Shown here one piece after another: positions 1 to 9,339 of a stretch of 29,012 nt of DNA. Every line of letters begins with the position of its first letter. Within the stretch, counting starts at the first letter, position 1. Origin of the DNA: Candidatus Zhuqueibacterota bacterium. Its GTDB lineage: Bacteria > Zhuqueibacterota > Zhuqueibacteria > Thermofontimicrobiales > Thermofontimicrobiaceae. A program made the translations under genes and the position numbers. Where the stretch lies: the NCBI GenBank assembly GCA_049322915.1, contig JBMOPW010000005.1, positions 1 through 29,012 on the forward strand, given 5' to 3'. The notes beneath the pieces were generated by a model, which made no database searches, had not been told where the DNA came from, and worked only from the letters and a program-made list of their open reading frames with translations.

Positions 1-183
1 TTACTGAAAAACACCGTTCGACTTACTGAAAAACGAATGTCTGGCGGCGCCGATCAGTTTTTTTGATAAAATGACCTGAATTTATGCCCTTGTTTTGTCT
101 CTAAATTTTCATTTTAGAAATGTAGGTGGTAATAAAATAAAAATGGCCCATGCCCGTTAAACTGACGAATCCCGGGAAAGGCG

Positions 184-1431
184 CTATTTCACCAGTATCG
201 CTCCGTACTTGCACCAGCGCACGCACTGGGGATCGCCGGCGCACAGGTCGCAGATGACCGGGAATCCCTGATCATCAAAATGGATCACCTGGAACGGGCA
301 CACCTCCGCGCACACGCGGCACCGGGTACAGCGCTCCGGATCCAGCGCGATGTAGCCTTTTTCGTGGATGAACAGCGCGCCGGGCTGGCACGACTTGATG
401 CATTTTTCGCACAGGGTGCACACATTCACTTTATTCAAAGGCGGCGGCTGATCCACAGGTTTGGAATCGATTCGCAGCCGCGCGCCGTTAATGCCAAATG
501 TTGATTGATGCGTCTGCACACAGACCGTCTCGCAGACGAGGCAGCCGACGCAATTTTTGGAATTGGCCCGCAGCCGAATGGCGGCCTGGCGCGGTGGCTC
601 AAAAATCTCCGCGATGGTTTTGCGGCCATGCACCAGATCGCACAGATCTTCCACCATTTTTTTGGGGTCTTTGGCTTTGGTGACATTGCGGCCGAACACG
701 GTGCCGCTGGCCCCGGCGCGGAGGGCTTCATCCACCAGTTCCAGCGCATCGCGGGGCACATCCGATTTGGCGCCGCCCAGCACCAGCACCGGCACCCGCG
801 ATTCATCCACCAATTGCTTGAATGTCATCACATCCCCGGTGTAGGGAATTTTCAGCGCGTCGGCGCCGATCTCCACAGCAATCCGCGCGGAGGCAATGAG
901 TATCTCGGCGATGTTCACGCCGGTGACCATGCCGCCCACAGCCATGGGCTCGATGATGAGCGGCAGTCCGACTTTGCGGCATTCCTGAGCGAATACGGCG
1001 GACTGCTCCAGATTGATCGCTTCGAATTCATCGCTGTAGCCGATGAAATAGTAAATGGTGATCGCCGAAGCGCCCAACTGCAGCGCATCTCTGGCGCGGG
1101 ATGTGGCCATTTTTCTGAATTTCAGCACCGGCAGCACATTGCTGACATTGGATCCGCCCAGACGCGGCAGGTTCATCCAGTCCGCGCGCACGATCACCGC
1201 CGGTTTGTCTGCGCCCATGAACATTTTGCCCATGCGAAGGACAGTCCCGAACGACATCAGCACGCCGTCCGCGCCGCCGGCAACCACCTTTTCCAGTATG
1301 TTTCGTAAATTGATCACATTGGCAGTGGGATCCGACATCCAGCCGTGATCCGCAGCGACGCAAACCGCTTTTCCATCGGAAGGGTTGAACAGTCGGTTCA
1401 TTCTGGCCGTTTTTCCCGGGTTAGCAGACAT
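184..1431 (-). CDS. Class I (DhnA/FbaB/LsrF-type) aldolase fused to a C-terminal 4x[4Fe-4S] ferredoxin domain
   Basis: N-terminal ~275 aa has the DeoC/FbaB motifs AADHG, GADGVL, PLIIE, GADALKIPY (Schiff-base Lys), VLVLGG and FGRNV. The C-terminus has 16 Cys in four groups (CVGCLVCETVC, CTLCEKCIKSC, CTRCRVCAEVCP, CDLCAGDPQCVRWC), as in DmsB/CooF/HydN-type ferredoxins. Confidence 0.9.
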   Translation of the reverse strand: MSANPGKTARMNRLFNPSDGKAVCVAADHGWMSDPTANVINLRNILEKVVAGGADGVLMSFGTVLRMGKMFMGADKPAVIVRADWMNLPRLGGSNVSNVLPVLKFRKMATSRARDALQLGASAITIYYFIGYSDEFEAINLEQSAVFAQECRKVGLPLIIEPMAVGGMVTGVNIAEILIASARIAVEIGADALKIPYTGDVMTFKQLVDESRVPVLVLGGAKSDVPRDALELVDEALRAGASGTVFGRNVTKAKDPKKMVEDLCDLVHGRKTIAEIFEPPRQAAIRLRANSKNCVGCLVCETVCVQTHQSTFGINGARLRIDSKPVDQPPPLNKVNVCTLCEKCIKSCQPGALFIHEKGYIALDPERCTRCRVCAEVCPFQVIHFDDQGFPVICDLCAGDPQCVRWCKYGAILVK

Positions 1432-1434
1432 GAT

Positions 1435-2199
1435 TTATCCTCTTCCCTTCTTCAATTGGTGTATCGATTTCAAATAATCCGGTTCCTGCAAGATCTTCTC
1501 CGAAAACATGACCCCTTTCAGTCCCAAATCGCAGAGGGCTTTGAACTCGTCCAGGGTCAGGAGCGAATCCGCCCGCGCAATGACAGGCACGGTGGACCAG
1601 CCGGCAATGAGCGAAAGGACGTCGCGACGGCACACCGGCACAATCATCGCATCAGCGCCGGCCTCCATCATGAACGACACGCCCAGTTTGATGGTATCTT
1701 CAAAATTCACCTCGCTCACCTTGGGGCCGATGGGCCGAATATCCACAAAAACTGGCAGCGCTAACTTGTAACTCTGCCGCAGCAGATGGGAAATCGAGCG
1801 AATATTGGTGGCTTCGAATTCATCACTGTAGCCCATCAACAGCGTGGCCACAGCCGCCGAAGCGCCCAACGCCATGGCATCGCCGGCGCTGGAGATTTCA
1901 ATCCGCCAGACATCGGTGACCGGCAGGCAGAAATCAGCGTCGCGGTAAGCGTTGGTCCAATCCACGCGCACCATGCCGGCCGCGCGATTTTTGCCGCACA
2001 GTTCTTCCGAGAGATGCTCCATTTGGCCGGGATTCACAATGACGCCGTCAAAATCGGCGCAGCATGAATGAAGCACCGCTCGCAAATCCTCCGCCTGCGG
2101 CGGAGCGCCAATGCTGGAGGCAATCGTCGTATCCAGCAGCAGGGAGCGCTGCTGGAGAATATCGTTGATTCGAATCGCTTTGCCAATGTGTGTCTGCAT
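1435..2199 (-). CDS. Class I aldolase-like protein, probably catalytically inactive paralog of the downstream aldolase
   Basis: Shares VRxDWxN, LGASA and GYSDEFEAxN with the 415 aa neighbour. Has GADAMIVPV in place of GADALKIPY and lacks DHG and GRN. RBS-like AGAGG upstream; ends 3 bp before the next start. Confidence 0.8.
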   Translation of the reverse strand: MQTHIGKAIRINDILQQRSLLLDTTIASSIGAPPQAEDLRAVLHSCCADFDGVIVNPGQMEHLSEELCGKNRAAGMVRVDWTNAYRDADFCLPVTDVWRIEISSAGDAMALGASAAVATLLMGYSDEFEATNIRSISHLLRQSYKLALPVFVDIRPIGPKVSEVNFEDTIKLGVSFMMEAGADAMIVPVCRRDVLSLIAGWSTVPVIARADSLLTLDEFKALCDLGLKGVMFSEKILQEPDYLKSIHQLKKGRG

Positions 2200-2302
2200 A
2201 GTTTCCTCTTTTTTTTATCCGCCGATGGAGACTGAACCGCATCGCGGCCGGGGCGGATTTGTGTTTTTGTGCTGAATCAACTTGCTATGATGGGATTGTG
2301 AT

Positions 2303-5300
2303 TCACTTTTCCAGTCGCAGATTCAACCAGCTTCCGCTCTGCGAAAGATTTGGCAGCCAGTCCTGAGTTCGGAGCACCAGCCGCAATTCCTTCACACCGG
2401 ACACCGGCGCAGAAAAGCTCTGGGGTTCCGACCGCGCATTCAACGGCCGGCTGACGAAAATTTCTTTATCATCGCCGTACACGGCGAATTGCATTTTGCT
2501 GCCATTGCCGGAGCGAACCGCAGCAGCCAGCATGGGATTCATATCAATGGTCAGCGCGCCGGACAGGGTGCGCCACGAACCGTCCAGCGTGTAAATCAAC
2601 TCCGAATTGGGGATCACGCCGATGCCTTTGTCCGCGCCCGCTTTCAGCGAGCGTCCCCAGTAATTGCGATCCTTTTCTGCCAGGCCGGTCCACTGATCGA
2701 CCTGATTCGGTCTGAAATCGCTCAGGTAGACAGGCGATCCGGCAGCGTCGGTCAGGGATTTCTCCACCACCCGACGCGGCACAATGGAGCCGCGAACCGC
2801 GTCATCGGCGCTCCACTGACTGGCTGAATCCAACTGCCAGTTGCGGTCGAAAAAACCGCACAGGAGCGGAGTCCCATCCACGGTCAGATTGCCCTGGTGA
2901 AAATTAATGCCAACCGTCCGTTCATCAAAAATGACATAATCGAATTCTGCGCCGATGCGTTTGACAATGCCGTCCAGCGCTTGCCAGGAATTACCGGCAT
3001 AGACGAGGACGTACCGGTCGCGATGGGCCGGATTGGGGTAGACAAACGCCGCACCGGTCTGTGCGCCGCTGAATGTCCGGCTGCCGGCTCGAATTGTTTT
3101 CCGGCTGAACTGAATCGGCAGTTCCGCGGCGATCTTTCGGGTCACGCTGTTGCTGTTCGGACCGCCGAATAAAATCAGGTTGTACCGGGACTGATCTTCA
3201 TCCGTCAACTCGGAATCATTTTTCAATCGGCACGGCGCGTGCTGCCAATCCGCCCACTGATCCGAGAAAGATTCCGCTTCCTGCTGGTTGATTCCGGTCT
3301 CTGTTTTCGAACCCTGCGTGCCCACCACGAGCATGAATCCGGAATTGAACACGTCCTGCATGGGGCCGCACACGGCGCTGGTCTTGACGAGTCCCGATGC
3401 TGCGCCCTCCGTCACCAGGGCCCAGTCCGTCGCGCTGCCGTCCGCCTGCACAGTCGCCCGGAATCGGATCGTCCCGGCATCGGAGAGCGCGATATTCAGA
3501 TTTGTCCGATCATCGATGGTGACTGCGATCGGCTGCGCTGGGTCCACCAGTCGGTCATTGAGCCTCACGCTGAATTGAGCCACATTGCCGGTGCGAATGC
3601 GCACTGCCCGGCGGTCGATTATTTCCGCGTCAATGGAGGCAAACGCCCCCTCCAGGCTGAACGAATTGATCTCAATCCACCAGGCGCGGTTGTGCTGCAG
3701 AGAGGCGGTTTTGTAGACCACGCGCGAAGGAAATGCGTCGCGCTTCTTATCCTCGAACCAGTCGTAAATGTCGTTGTCCATCTGCGGATCAAAGCCGCCG
3801 TGCTGTGCCGTCGGATGCTCGATGTAGGTGATGTCGTAGCCCAGCGCTTTCAGCCGGGCGACTATCTTGCGACTCTGCCCGACCGGCACGATGTCATCCA
3901 GCACGCCGTGATTGCACAGCATGGGAAGATTCACGGCATTGTCAGCAAACGACAGAGCGCTTCGCGCCGCAAAGATGTACTGGCGCAGCGGCGAGAACTC
4001 CGTTGTATCGAGCCCGGTCCAGAACGCATATTCCGTTGGTCCCATGATTGGGGCCAGCGCCGCGAATTTGTCAGGGAAGGCCAATCCGACATTCCATGTG
4101 CCGGCGCCTCCCATGGAACCGCCGGTCAGGTAAATCCTTTCCTCGTCGATGGAATACAGGCGCTGCACTTCCTGCAGCACCGTCATCACATCGTTTTCAC
4201 CGATATTCTGATACATGGTATTGCCGCGGCCAAACGGATTGACAAGAATATAACGGCCTTTGTTGGTGGCGTGAGGCATGAATGACGGCAGGAACTGGTT
4301 ATCGTGCCAGGCCGTGAACCCGGGATCGTAGCCGTGCAAATTGATCACCAGCGGGTAGGGCGCGCCCGGCGCATAGGCCTCCGGGACCCAGACTGCGTAC
4401 CCTTGCAGACTGCCCTCGATTTCGGAGTAATAGCCGCGAAGGAAATTGCCTTTTTGCTGCCGGAACGGATTCTCGCCCTGGCTGATTTTTTTGAAGAGCG
4501 AATCAACATCGGCCAGACCGTTTTTCAGAAAATCCGCAAACAGCGCCAGATGGCCTGGCCGCTCCGTCTCCTCAAGGAGCTTCTTCAACGGCACCAGCTT
4601 CACATCCAGACTCGCCAGGTCATTGGGATGAATTCCGGCCGGGCATGCGTTTCGCATGGCCGCAATGTCCTCTTCCAGATTCCGGATATGCACCTGAAGC
4701 GAATCGAACCGATGTTGAATGACCTCCACCTGAGCCGTGGCCTTGAACGATTGGCCATCGGCGCCGGTCACTGCGGCGACGAGTTCGAATTCGCCATCCG
4801 GCCAGCCGGATATATCGATCTTTTTCTCGCACGAAGCATGTTTTTCGGAGATTGACTCGCTGCATTGAAATGCCAGTTTGCAGGACGAGTCGTAGGCCGC
4901 CATGCTCATTGGCAGTGTTGCTCCCGGCGCACCAAAATCCAAACCGTACGCCCCGGCCGACAGCCTCAAATGTCCGGCGTCGCGATAGACCTTTCGATCC
5001 GGCCTGACGAAAACCGTGGGAAAATCATCCGCGTCCTGCGGAGCGATGAGGCCCTGCCTGACCATGCTGTACCAGATCCACCGCGCGTTGTGCTGTAATG
5101 TCTCGCTGGCCGGGCTCGCACGGAGACCGGACGCGATGTGCTGTTGCGCCGCTTCGAATTGGTTATTTTCAGCCTGAATGATGGCGAGATTGTTGTGGAC
5201 GCCAGCCAGATCATCCGGCCCGGCGAGAAACGCCCGCATCTCTGATTCAGCAAGGATCAGATCGCCCTGCAAAAAATGCATCTTCGCCGCAGCCATGTCG

Positions 5301-6046
5301 CTGGATTTTTTTTCGCCCTCAGCCCAGCGCCACAATTTCGACGGTCGGATATTGGTGTAGACATTGAAGTCATCCACGTAGGCGTGCGCGCCCCGGTCCT
5401 GAATCATGCTGATGGAACAGGCCGTATTGGTCGGTTGCAGCGGCTGATAATCCAGCGCAAGGGCATTGTAAAAATGAGGCTCATCCGTTTGCTTGCCCTG
5501 CCAGATTTTCATTTTGAACGAGGCCGGTTTCTCGCCCCGGACGTCGAGCCGCACCCATTGCCACGCACCAAAGACAATTTGCCCCGGTCGCGAGACGAAC
5601 AGCGCCTCCGGCAACGCGCCTACTCTGGCCTTTTTGATGGTGATAACGCCATCGCCGGAGATTTCAAATTTATAATCGCTCCAGCCCTGTTGGCGCACGC
5701 CAACGGTGAACAGAAACTGGCCTCCCTCAACCGGTTTCAGGCGAAACACGGTCGAAAAATCGCGTTTCAGAATCGCCTGGTCCAACTTCGGGATGGCGGC
5801 GAAAATTTGCTGGGTGAGATTGCTGCTATCCAGGGAGACAAACTCGCCATCCCGCACCTGCCAGGCGCCAAAGCCCCACACCTTCATGTCCTGCCATTTT
5901 TCAGCCGAACCGCCGTCGAAATTGTCCGAAAATAGATCCCCTTTTTGAATGAACTGAGTTCTGGCGCTGGACCATGCCAGGCACAGCAGAAGCACTGCTG
6001 TCGTCACAATGAGCGTAAATTTTTCCACAGGCGACGTCCTCTTCAT
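2303..6046 (-). CDS. Secreted multidomain serine hydrolase (beta-sandwich + TPR-like + alpha/beta-hydrolase of S9/esterase type + C-terminal NPCBM/NEW2-like domain)
   Basis: Hydrophobic signal peptide. Hydrolase motifs PLVINLHG, IYLTGGSMGGAG (nucleophile), HGVLDDIVP (Asp) and QHGG (His). C-terminal VYLSD...GIGVIPNS...FAVYGDDKE...VSGVKELRL resembles NPCBM. Start overlaps the ROK stop (ATGA). Confidence 0.8.
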   Translation of the reverse strand: MKRTSPVEKFTLIVTTAVLLLCLAWSSARTQFIQKGDLFSDNFDGGSAEKWQDMKVWGFGAWQVRDGEFVSLDSSNLTQQIFAAIPKLDQAILKRDFSTVFRLKPVEGGQFLFTVGVRQQGWSDYKFEISGDGVITIKKARVGALPEALFVSRPGQIVFGAWQWVRLDVRGEKPASFKMKIWQGKQTDEPHFYNALALDYQPLQPTNTACSISMIQDRGAHAYVDDFNVYTNIRPSKLWRWAEGEKKSSDMAAAKMHFLQGDLILAESEMRAFLAGPDDLAGVHNNLAIIQAENNQFEAAQQHIASGLRASPASETLQHNARWIWYSMVRQGLIAPQDADDFPTVFVRPDRKVYRDAGHLRLSAGAYGLDFGAPGATLPMSMAAYDSSCKLAFQCSESISEKHASCEKKIDISGWPDGEFELVAAVTGADGQSFKATAQVEVIQHRFDSLQVHIRNLEEDIAAMRNACPAGIHPNDLASLDVKLVPLKKLLEETERPGHLALFADFLKNGLADVDSLFKKISQGENPFRQQKGNFLRGYYSEIEGSLQGYAVWVPEAYAPGAPYPLVINLHGYDPGFTAWHDNQFLPSFMPHATNKGRYILVNPFGRGNTMYQNIGENDVMTVLQEVQRLYSIDEERIYLTGGSMGGAGTWNVGLAFPDKFAALAPIMGPTEYAFWTGLDTTEFSPLRQYIFAARSALSFADNAVNLPMLCNHGVLDDIVPVGQSRKIVARLKALGYDITYIEHPTAQHGGFDPQMDNDIYDWFEDKKRDAFPSRVVYKTASLQHNRAWWIEINSFSLEGAFASIDAEIIDRRAVRIRTGNVAQFSVRLNDRLVDPAQPIAVTIDDRTNLNIALSDAGTIRFRATVQADGSATDWALVTEGAASGLVKTSAVCGPMQDVFNSGFMLVVGTQGSKTETGINQQEAESFSDQWADWQHAPCRLKNDSELTDEDQSRYNLILFGGPNSNSVTRKIAAELPIQFSRKTIRAGSRTFSGAQTGAAFVYPNPAHRDRYVLVYAGNSWQALDGIVKRIGAEFDYVIFDERTVGINFHQGNLTVDGTPLLCGFFDRNWQLDSASQWSADDAVRGSIVPRRVVEKSLTDAAGSPVYLSDFRPNQVDQWTGLAEKDRNYWGRSLKAGADKGIGVIPNSELIYTLDGSWRTLSGALTIDMNPMLAAAVRSGNGSKMQFAVYGDDKEIFVSRPLNARSEPQSFSAPVSGVKELRLVLRTQDWLPNLSQSGSWLNLRLEK

Positions 6047-6963
6047 TGAGAAATTCGTTTGAATAGTAATCGGCTGGCGCCCAGCATGGCGCTGGTTTCG
6101 ATGTGCACAGCCGGTTTGATCACAGTGGGCAATTTTTCATTGGCAAAAACCTGTTGCAACGCCGGCCCAAACAGATGAAATGATTGGGCGATCTGTCCGC
6201 CAATCACGAGACACTCGGCCTGAAAATTCCGAACATGCCAGACCAGCATGTGACCCATGATCTGACCGGTCTCCTCGAAGGCAGTCAGCGCCGGGACGTC
6301 CCCGGCGTCGGCGCGCTCGGCGATGAGTTTCACCGTGACATTCTTTTCCTCGCTGCGGAGCAATTTCAGGTATGTGCCGATGATGCCCCGGCTGGAGATT
6401 CGGTCATCCAGGATGCCGTCCTTGTACTTCCGCCCGCCAATCCAGGCCAGCGCCGGAATGCCCGGCCCGGACGCGACAATGTCACCATTGGCGATGAACC
6501 CGGAGCCCATGCCTGTCCCCAACGTCAGACCAATGATGCGGTTGAAGTCCCGGCCTGCGCCGATCCAGGCTTCCCCCAGCACAAAGGCCCAGGCGTCGTT
6601 TTCGAACATGATGGGAAATTCAGGCGTCAGGTTCAGTCCGGCCCGGAATATCTCCGTCAAATTGACGCCGTAAATGGCTTCGTATTTATCCACGCCTTTG
6701 ATCAGACTGACGCCGTTGGCGTAATCGAACGGGCCGGGCATGCCGATGGCAATGCCGGCAATGGCCACCTGCCGCTCGGTTGCTAGATGAAAGGCATTGT
6801 CCAGGACGTGGATGAAGGAATCGATGATGTGCTGAAATTCACCCTTGGAATGGATGGTCGTTCGGTTGACCGAGCCGTGCAGGATGTCACCGGACTCAGC
6901 CACAATGGCCGATTTGACTGAACTGCCCCCGACATCCAGGGCAATGGCGAAACGGTCGTTCAT
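6043..6963 (-). CDS. ROK family sugar kinase
   Basis: Motifs IALDVGGS, GIAIGMPGP, FENDA and LTLGTGMGSG. No N-terminal HTH and no CxCG zinc motif. The ATG at 6963 (MNDRFAIALD) is preferred over the TTG at 7023 because it sits just before the phosphate-1 motif. Confidence 0.88.
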   Translation of the reverse strand: MNDRFAIALDVGGSSVKSAIVAESGDILHGSVNRTTIHSKGEFQHIIDSFIHVLDNAFHLATERQVAIAGIAIGMPGPFDYANGVSLIKGVDKYEAIYGVNLTEIFRAGLNLTPEFPIMFENDAWAFVLGEAWIGAGRDFNRIIGLTLGTGMGSGFIANGDIVASGPGIPALAWIGGRKYKDGILDDRISSRGIIGTYLKLLRSEEKNVTVKLIAERADAGDVPALTAFEETGQIMGHMLVWHVRNFQAECLVIGGQIAQSFHLFGPALQQVFANEKLPTVIKPAVHIETSAMLGASRLLFKRISQ

Positions 6964-7045
6964 TGTTTCATTTTCTCTTATTGACAGATGGGACGAATTT
7001 AGTACCTGACAAATATTTTTCAAACTTTTTTTGGCATAATATTTT

Positions 7046-7123
7046 ATGGAACACGGATGACGCTGATCTTCACGGATTCTTAATCAGTGTAAATCTGTGT
7101 AATCTGCGTAATCAGCGTTCTAT
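7046..7123. repeat. Imperfect inverted-repeat (MITE/REP-like) element built of ~9-10 bp units
   Basis: Left arm ATGGAACACGGATGACGCTGATCTTCACGGATT and right arm AATCAGTGTAAATCTGTGTAATCTGCGTAATCAGCGTTCTAT are approximate reverse complements. Its first 22 nt match 28563-28584 at 20/22. Confidence 0.7.
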
Positions 7124-7238
7124 TTCTTTTTGGTACTGGCTTGACCAGGTTATGGCGAGTGAAATTTAATGTTCTGCAATTCATTGATACAGTTGCTGTC
7201 ATCGGCCGGACCAGGCAGGCTCACGGCCGGCAGCGATT

Positions 7239-7955
7239 TCATTCCTTCGGTGAAAATAGAAATTTCGCATACCCATAGGCGATGGCTTCGCTGATGATGG
7301 TGCGAACGCCATCGCCGTAGCGCCACCAGCGCCTGGCGTTGTAATCCAGATCCGATGCTGCGATGATGCCCACTTTGATCTGTTCGCCCAGCGCCCGTTC
7401 GAACAGCAATCGGCTCCGTCGCGCGTGGGTTCCCAGTGACATAAGATTGATCGCTGCGACCGATTGGCCGGATTGCTGCAACCACACTTTCAGCGCCAGC
7501 CCGGTCTCATAGGTTCTGTCCCGGACAACGTACGGCGCAGGCACCGGCGCCACCTGTTCCGGTTTCAATCCAAGTCTGATCAACGTCGCCGCACCGATGA
7601 CGGCAAAGTTATCGTACTCGGTCAAATACGAACCCTTTTCCACCGGCTCCCCGGTCACGACCAGCAGCCGGTAGTTATTGGCCAGAAATTCAGCCTTTGC
7701 GATCTCGAAGACATAGTCCGGCACCCAGCCTTCCACGACCAGTATTTCGCTTTTCACCGGCTGGTCGGGCGCCAGAAAGGGATGAATGGTGAACAGGAAA
7801 AAAACGGTCAGGCCGAATAAGGTGATCAGTAAAAACAGCCAGCCGTAAATGGTCAGACCCCAGCGCTGCTTGCGCGCCAGCATTCCGAATAAAGCCATGA
7901 TGCTGTCACTTTCCGATTTTAGTAGGCGATTACCAGACCCCGGCGCTCGCGGCAT
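7239..7955 (-). CDS. YdcF/ElyC/SanA (DUF218) family protein
   Basis: One N-terminal TM helix followed by LVVEGW, LVVTG, DRTYETG, THARRSRLLF and a final ISEAIAYGY, typical of DUF218. The true start may be ~19 codons downstream (MALFG). Confidence 0.8.
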   Translation of the reverse strand: MPRAPGSGNRLLKSESDSIMALFGMLARKQRWGLTIYGWLFLLITLFGLTVFFLFTIHPFLAPDQPVKSEILVVEGWVPDYVFEIAKAEFLANNYRLLVVTGEPVEKGSYLTEYDNFAVIGAATLIRLGLKPEQVAPVPAPYVVRDRTYETGLALKVWLQQSGQSVAAINLMSLGTHARRSRLLFERALGEQIKVGIIAASDLDYNARRWWRYGDGVRTIISEAIAYGYAKFLFSPKE

Positions 7956-8696
7956 TTACGGATTTGGAAATATCCGAAGGCCGCCATTGAACCGGGCAAT
8001 CAGCTCGAATTCATTGCTGAAAAAATCAGTGTTGGTGAAATGGGCGGGGGCAGTCGCTTCAACGTCCGTGCCCTTGTATTCGGTCACGGCCAGGGCTGAC
8101 CACCGGTCCGGATTCAACTGATGGAACAGCCATTTGCCGGGACGGGAATCGACGGCGCGGATCGAATGCTGATAGAGATATTCGAAGACCGCGCGCACAC
8201 CCACGCTACAGACTTTTTTCCTGCGGCCCATATCAAAGAATTTGAGTCGCCGCTGATGGTCGTAACCCAACAGCGTGTTGATGGCAATGTCCAGAATCTG
8301 GCCGAGATCGTATCCCTCGCCCACCAGATCCATCACCGCGCTGCGCATGGTCTCCACGTGCGACGCCGTCAAATCAATCACCCGCAACCGATAAATGGAC
8401 AGATCAGCCAGACAGTATTCCCGCACATGTTTTGTCGTTGCCCGCGGAAGTTCCACGGAAAACGTGTTCGATTCATCCAGAAACAGCATGGCGTGAGTGT
8501 CCTGCCAGTTGGACTTTTTCCCGAACAGGTTCCGTTGCTGCCATTGAATTCCGGCATGAACCAGCGCCGACCAGAATTGCCACCAGGCGTGTTTCCCGAT
8601 CCACGTGACGACATCCCCCGGTTGGATGACTTCGAGTATCGCCTGGCACGCGCGATTCACGAGGTCGCGGTCTTTATTATTTCCTGACATGCTCAT
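7956..8696 (-). CDS. Permuted papain-like NlpC/P60 amidase/peptidase (YaeF/YiiX-like)
   Basis: Motif order QPGDVV...THAMLF...GYD...VCS puts His before the catalytic Cys (circular permutation). Strong RBS AGGAGGTG upstream. Confidence 0.72.
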   Translation of the reverse strand: MSMSGNNKDRDLVNRACQAILEVIQPGDVVTWIGKHAWWQFWSALVHAGIQWQQRNLFGKKSNWQDTHAMLFLDESNTFSVELPRATTKHVREYCLADLSIYRLRVIDLTASHVETMRSAVMDLVGEGYDLGQILDIAINTLLGYDHQRRLKFFDMGRRKKVCSVGVRAVFEYLYQHSIRAVDSRPGKWLFHQLNPDRWSALAVTEYKGTDVEATAPAHFTNTDFFSNEFELIARFNGGLRIFPNP

Positions 8697-8988
8697 ATTT
8701 CACCTCCTGTTTCGGTGAAAGAAAATGTCGCAAGACGTTAGTCTGCATTATTCATCGTATTTTTAAAGGAGGCTGGCTAACCTGAATGGTGCTCTTTTTA
8801 GAATAAACGTATAAAAACTGAGTTTCAAAATAACTTAGCCTTTAGCTGATTGAAAATCTGAATGTTGACTCAAATTCTGAGCAAGTTCATGAATAATTCA
8901 GGTTAGAAAATAATTTTACTTTAATTTCCGGTGTGCTGGATACCTGGCCAACGCATCCGGGCCCCCACTATAAACTCATCAACACCAT

Positions 8989-9243
8989 TCATTTCACATG
9001 CAGCAATTCGCTGATCCGATGCTGCCAGTCATCAACGACTTCAATGAGCAACTTGCAGCGCGGCGTCTCGCGGTAGCCGATCTGACGGAGCATATTGTCC
9101 ATGTCAGTAATTTCATGTGCGTTTGTCTGATGTTTTTTCAGCAGCTCGTTCAACTGCTGTTTGAACTCTGTCTCCCACAACACTTTCATCGTTGTAATAC
9201 CCGTTTCATTTTCTTCTTGTTTCCCAGACGCCGAGCCGGACAT
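8989..9243 (-). CDS. Small hypothetical protein (84 aa; possibly 66 aa from MKVLWETE)
   Basis: Co-oriented ORF with amphipathic helical composition that fills the gap. No family recognised. Confidence 0.4.
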   Translation of the reverse strand: MSGSASGKQEENETGITTMKVLWETEFKQQLNELLKKHQTNAHEITDMDNMLRQIGYRETPRCKLLIEVVDDWQHRISELLHVK

Positions 9244-9339
9244 ACTCGCCAGTCACGGCCGTTTCATCATTTTCACCAATCAAAATAACAATAAACACAC
9301 GTTAAAATCAAGTAAATTTTATGACATGCCTGGCGCCGG

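Noticed and set aside
6964..7023. N-terminal extension of ROK from the TTG at 7023 (and of CobW from 14310)
   Set aside because: Downstream ATGs fit the family N-termini better, and the CobW ATG at 14292 gives an ATGA overlap.
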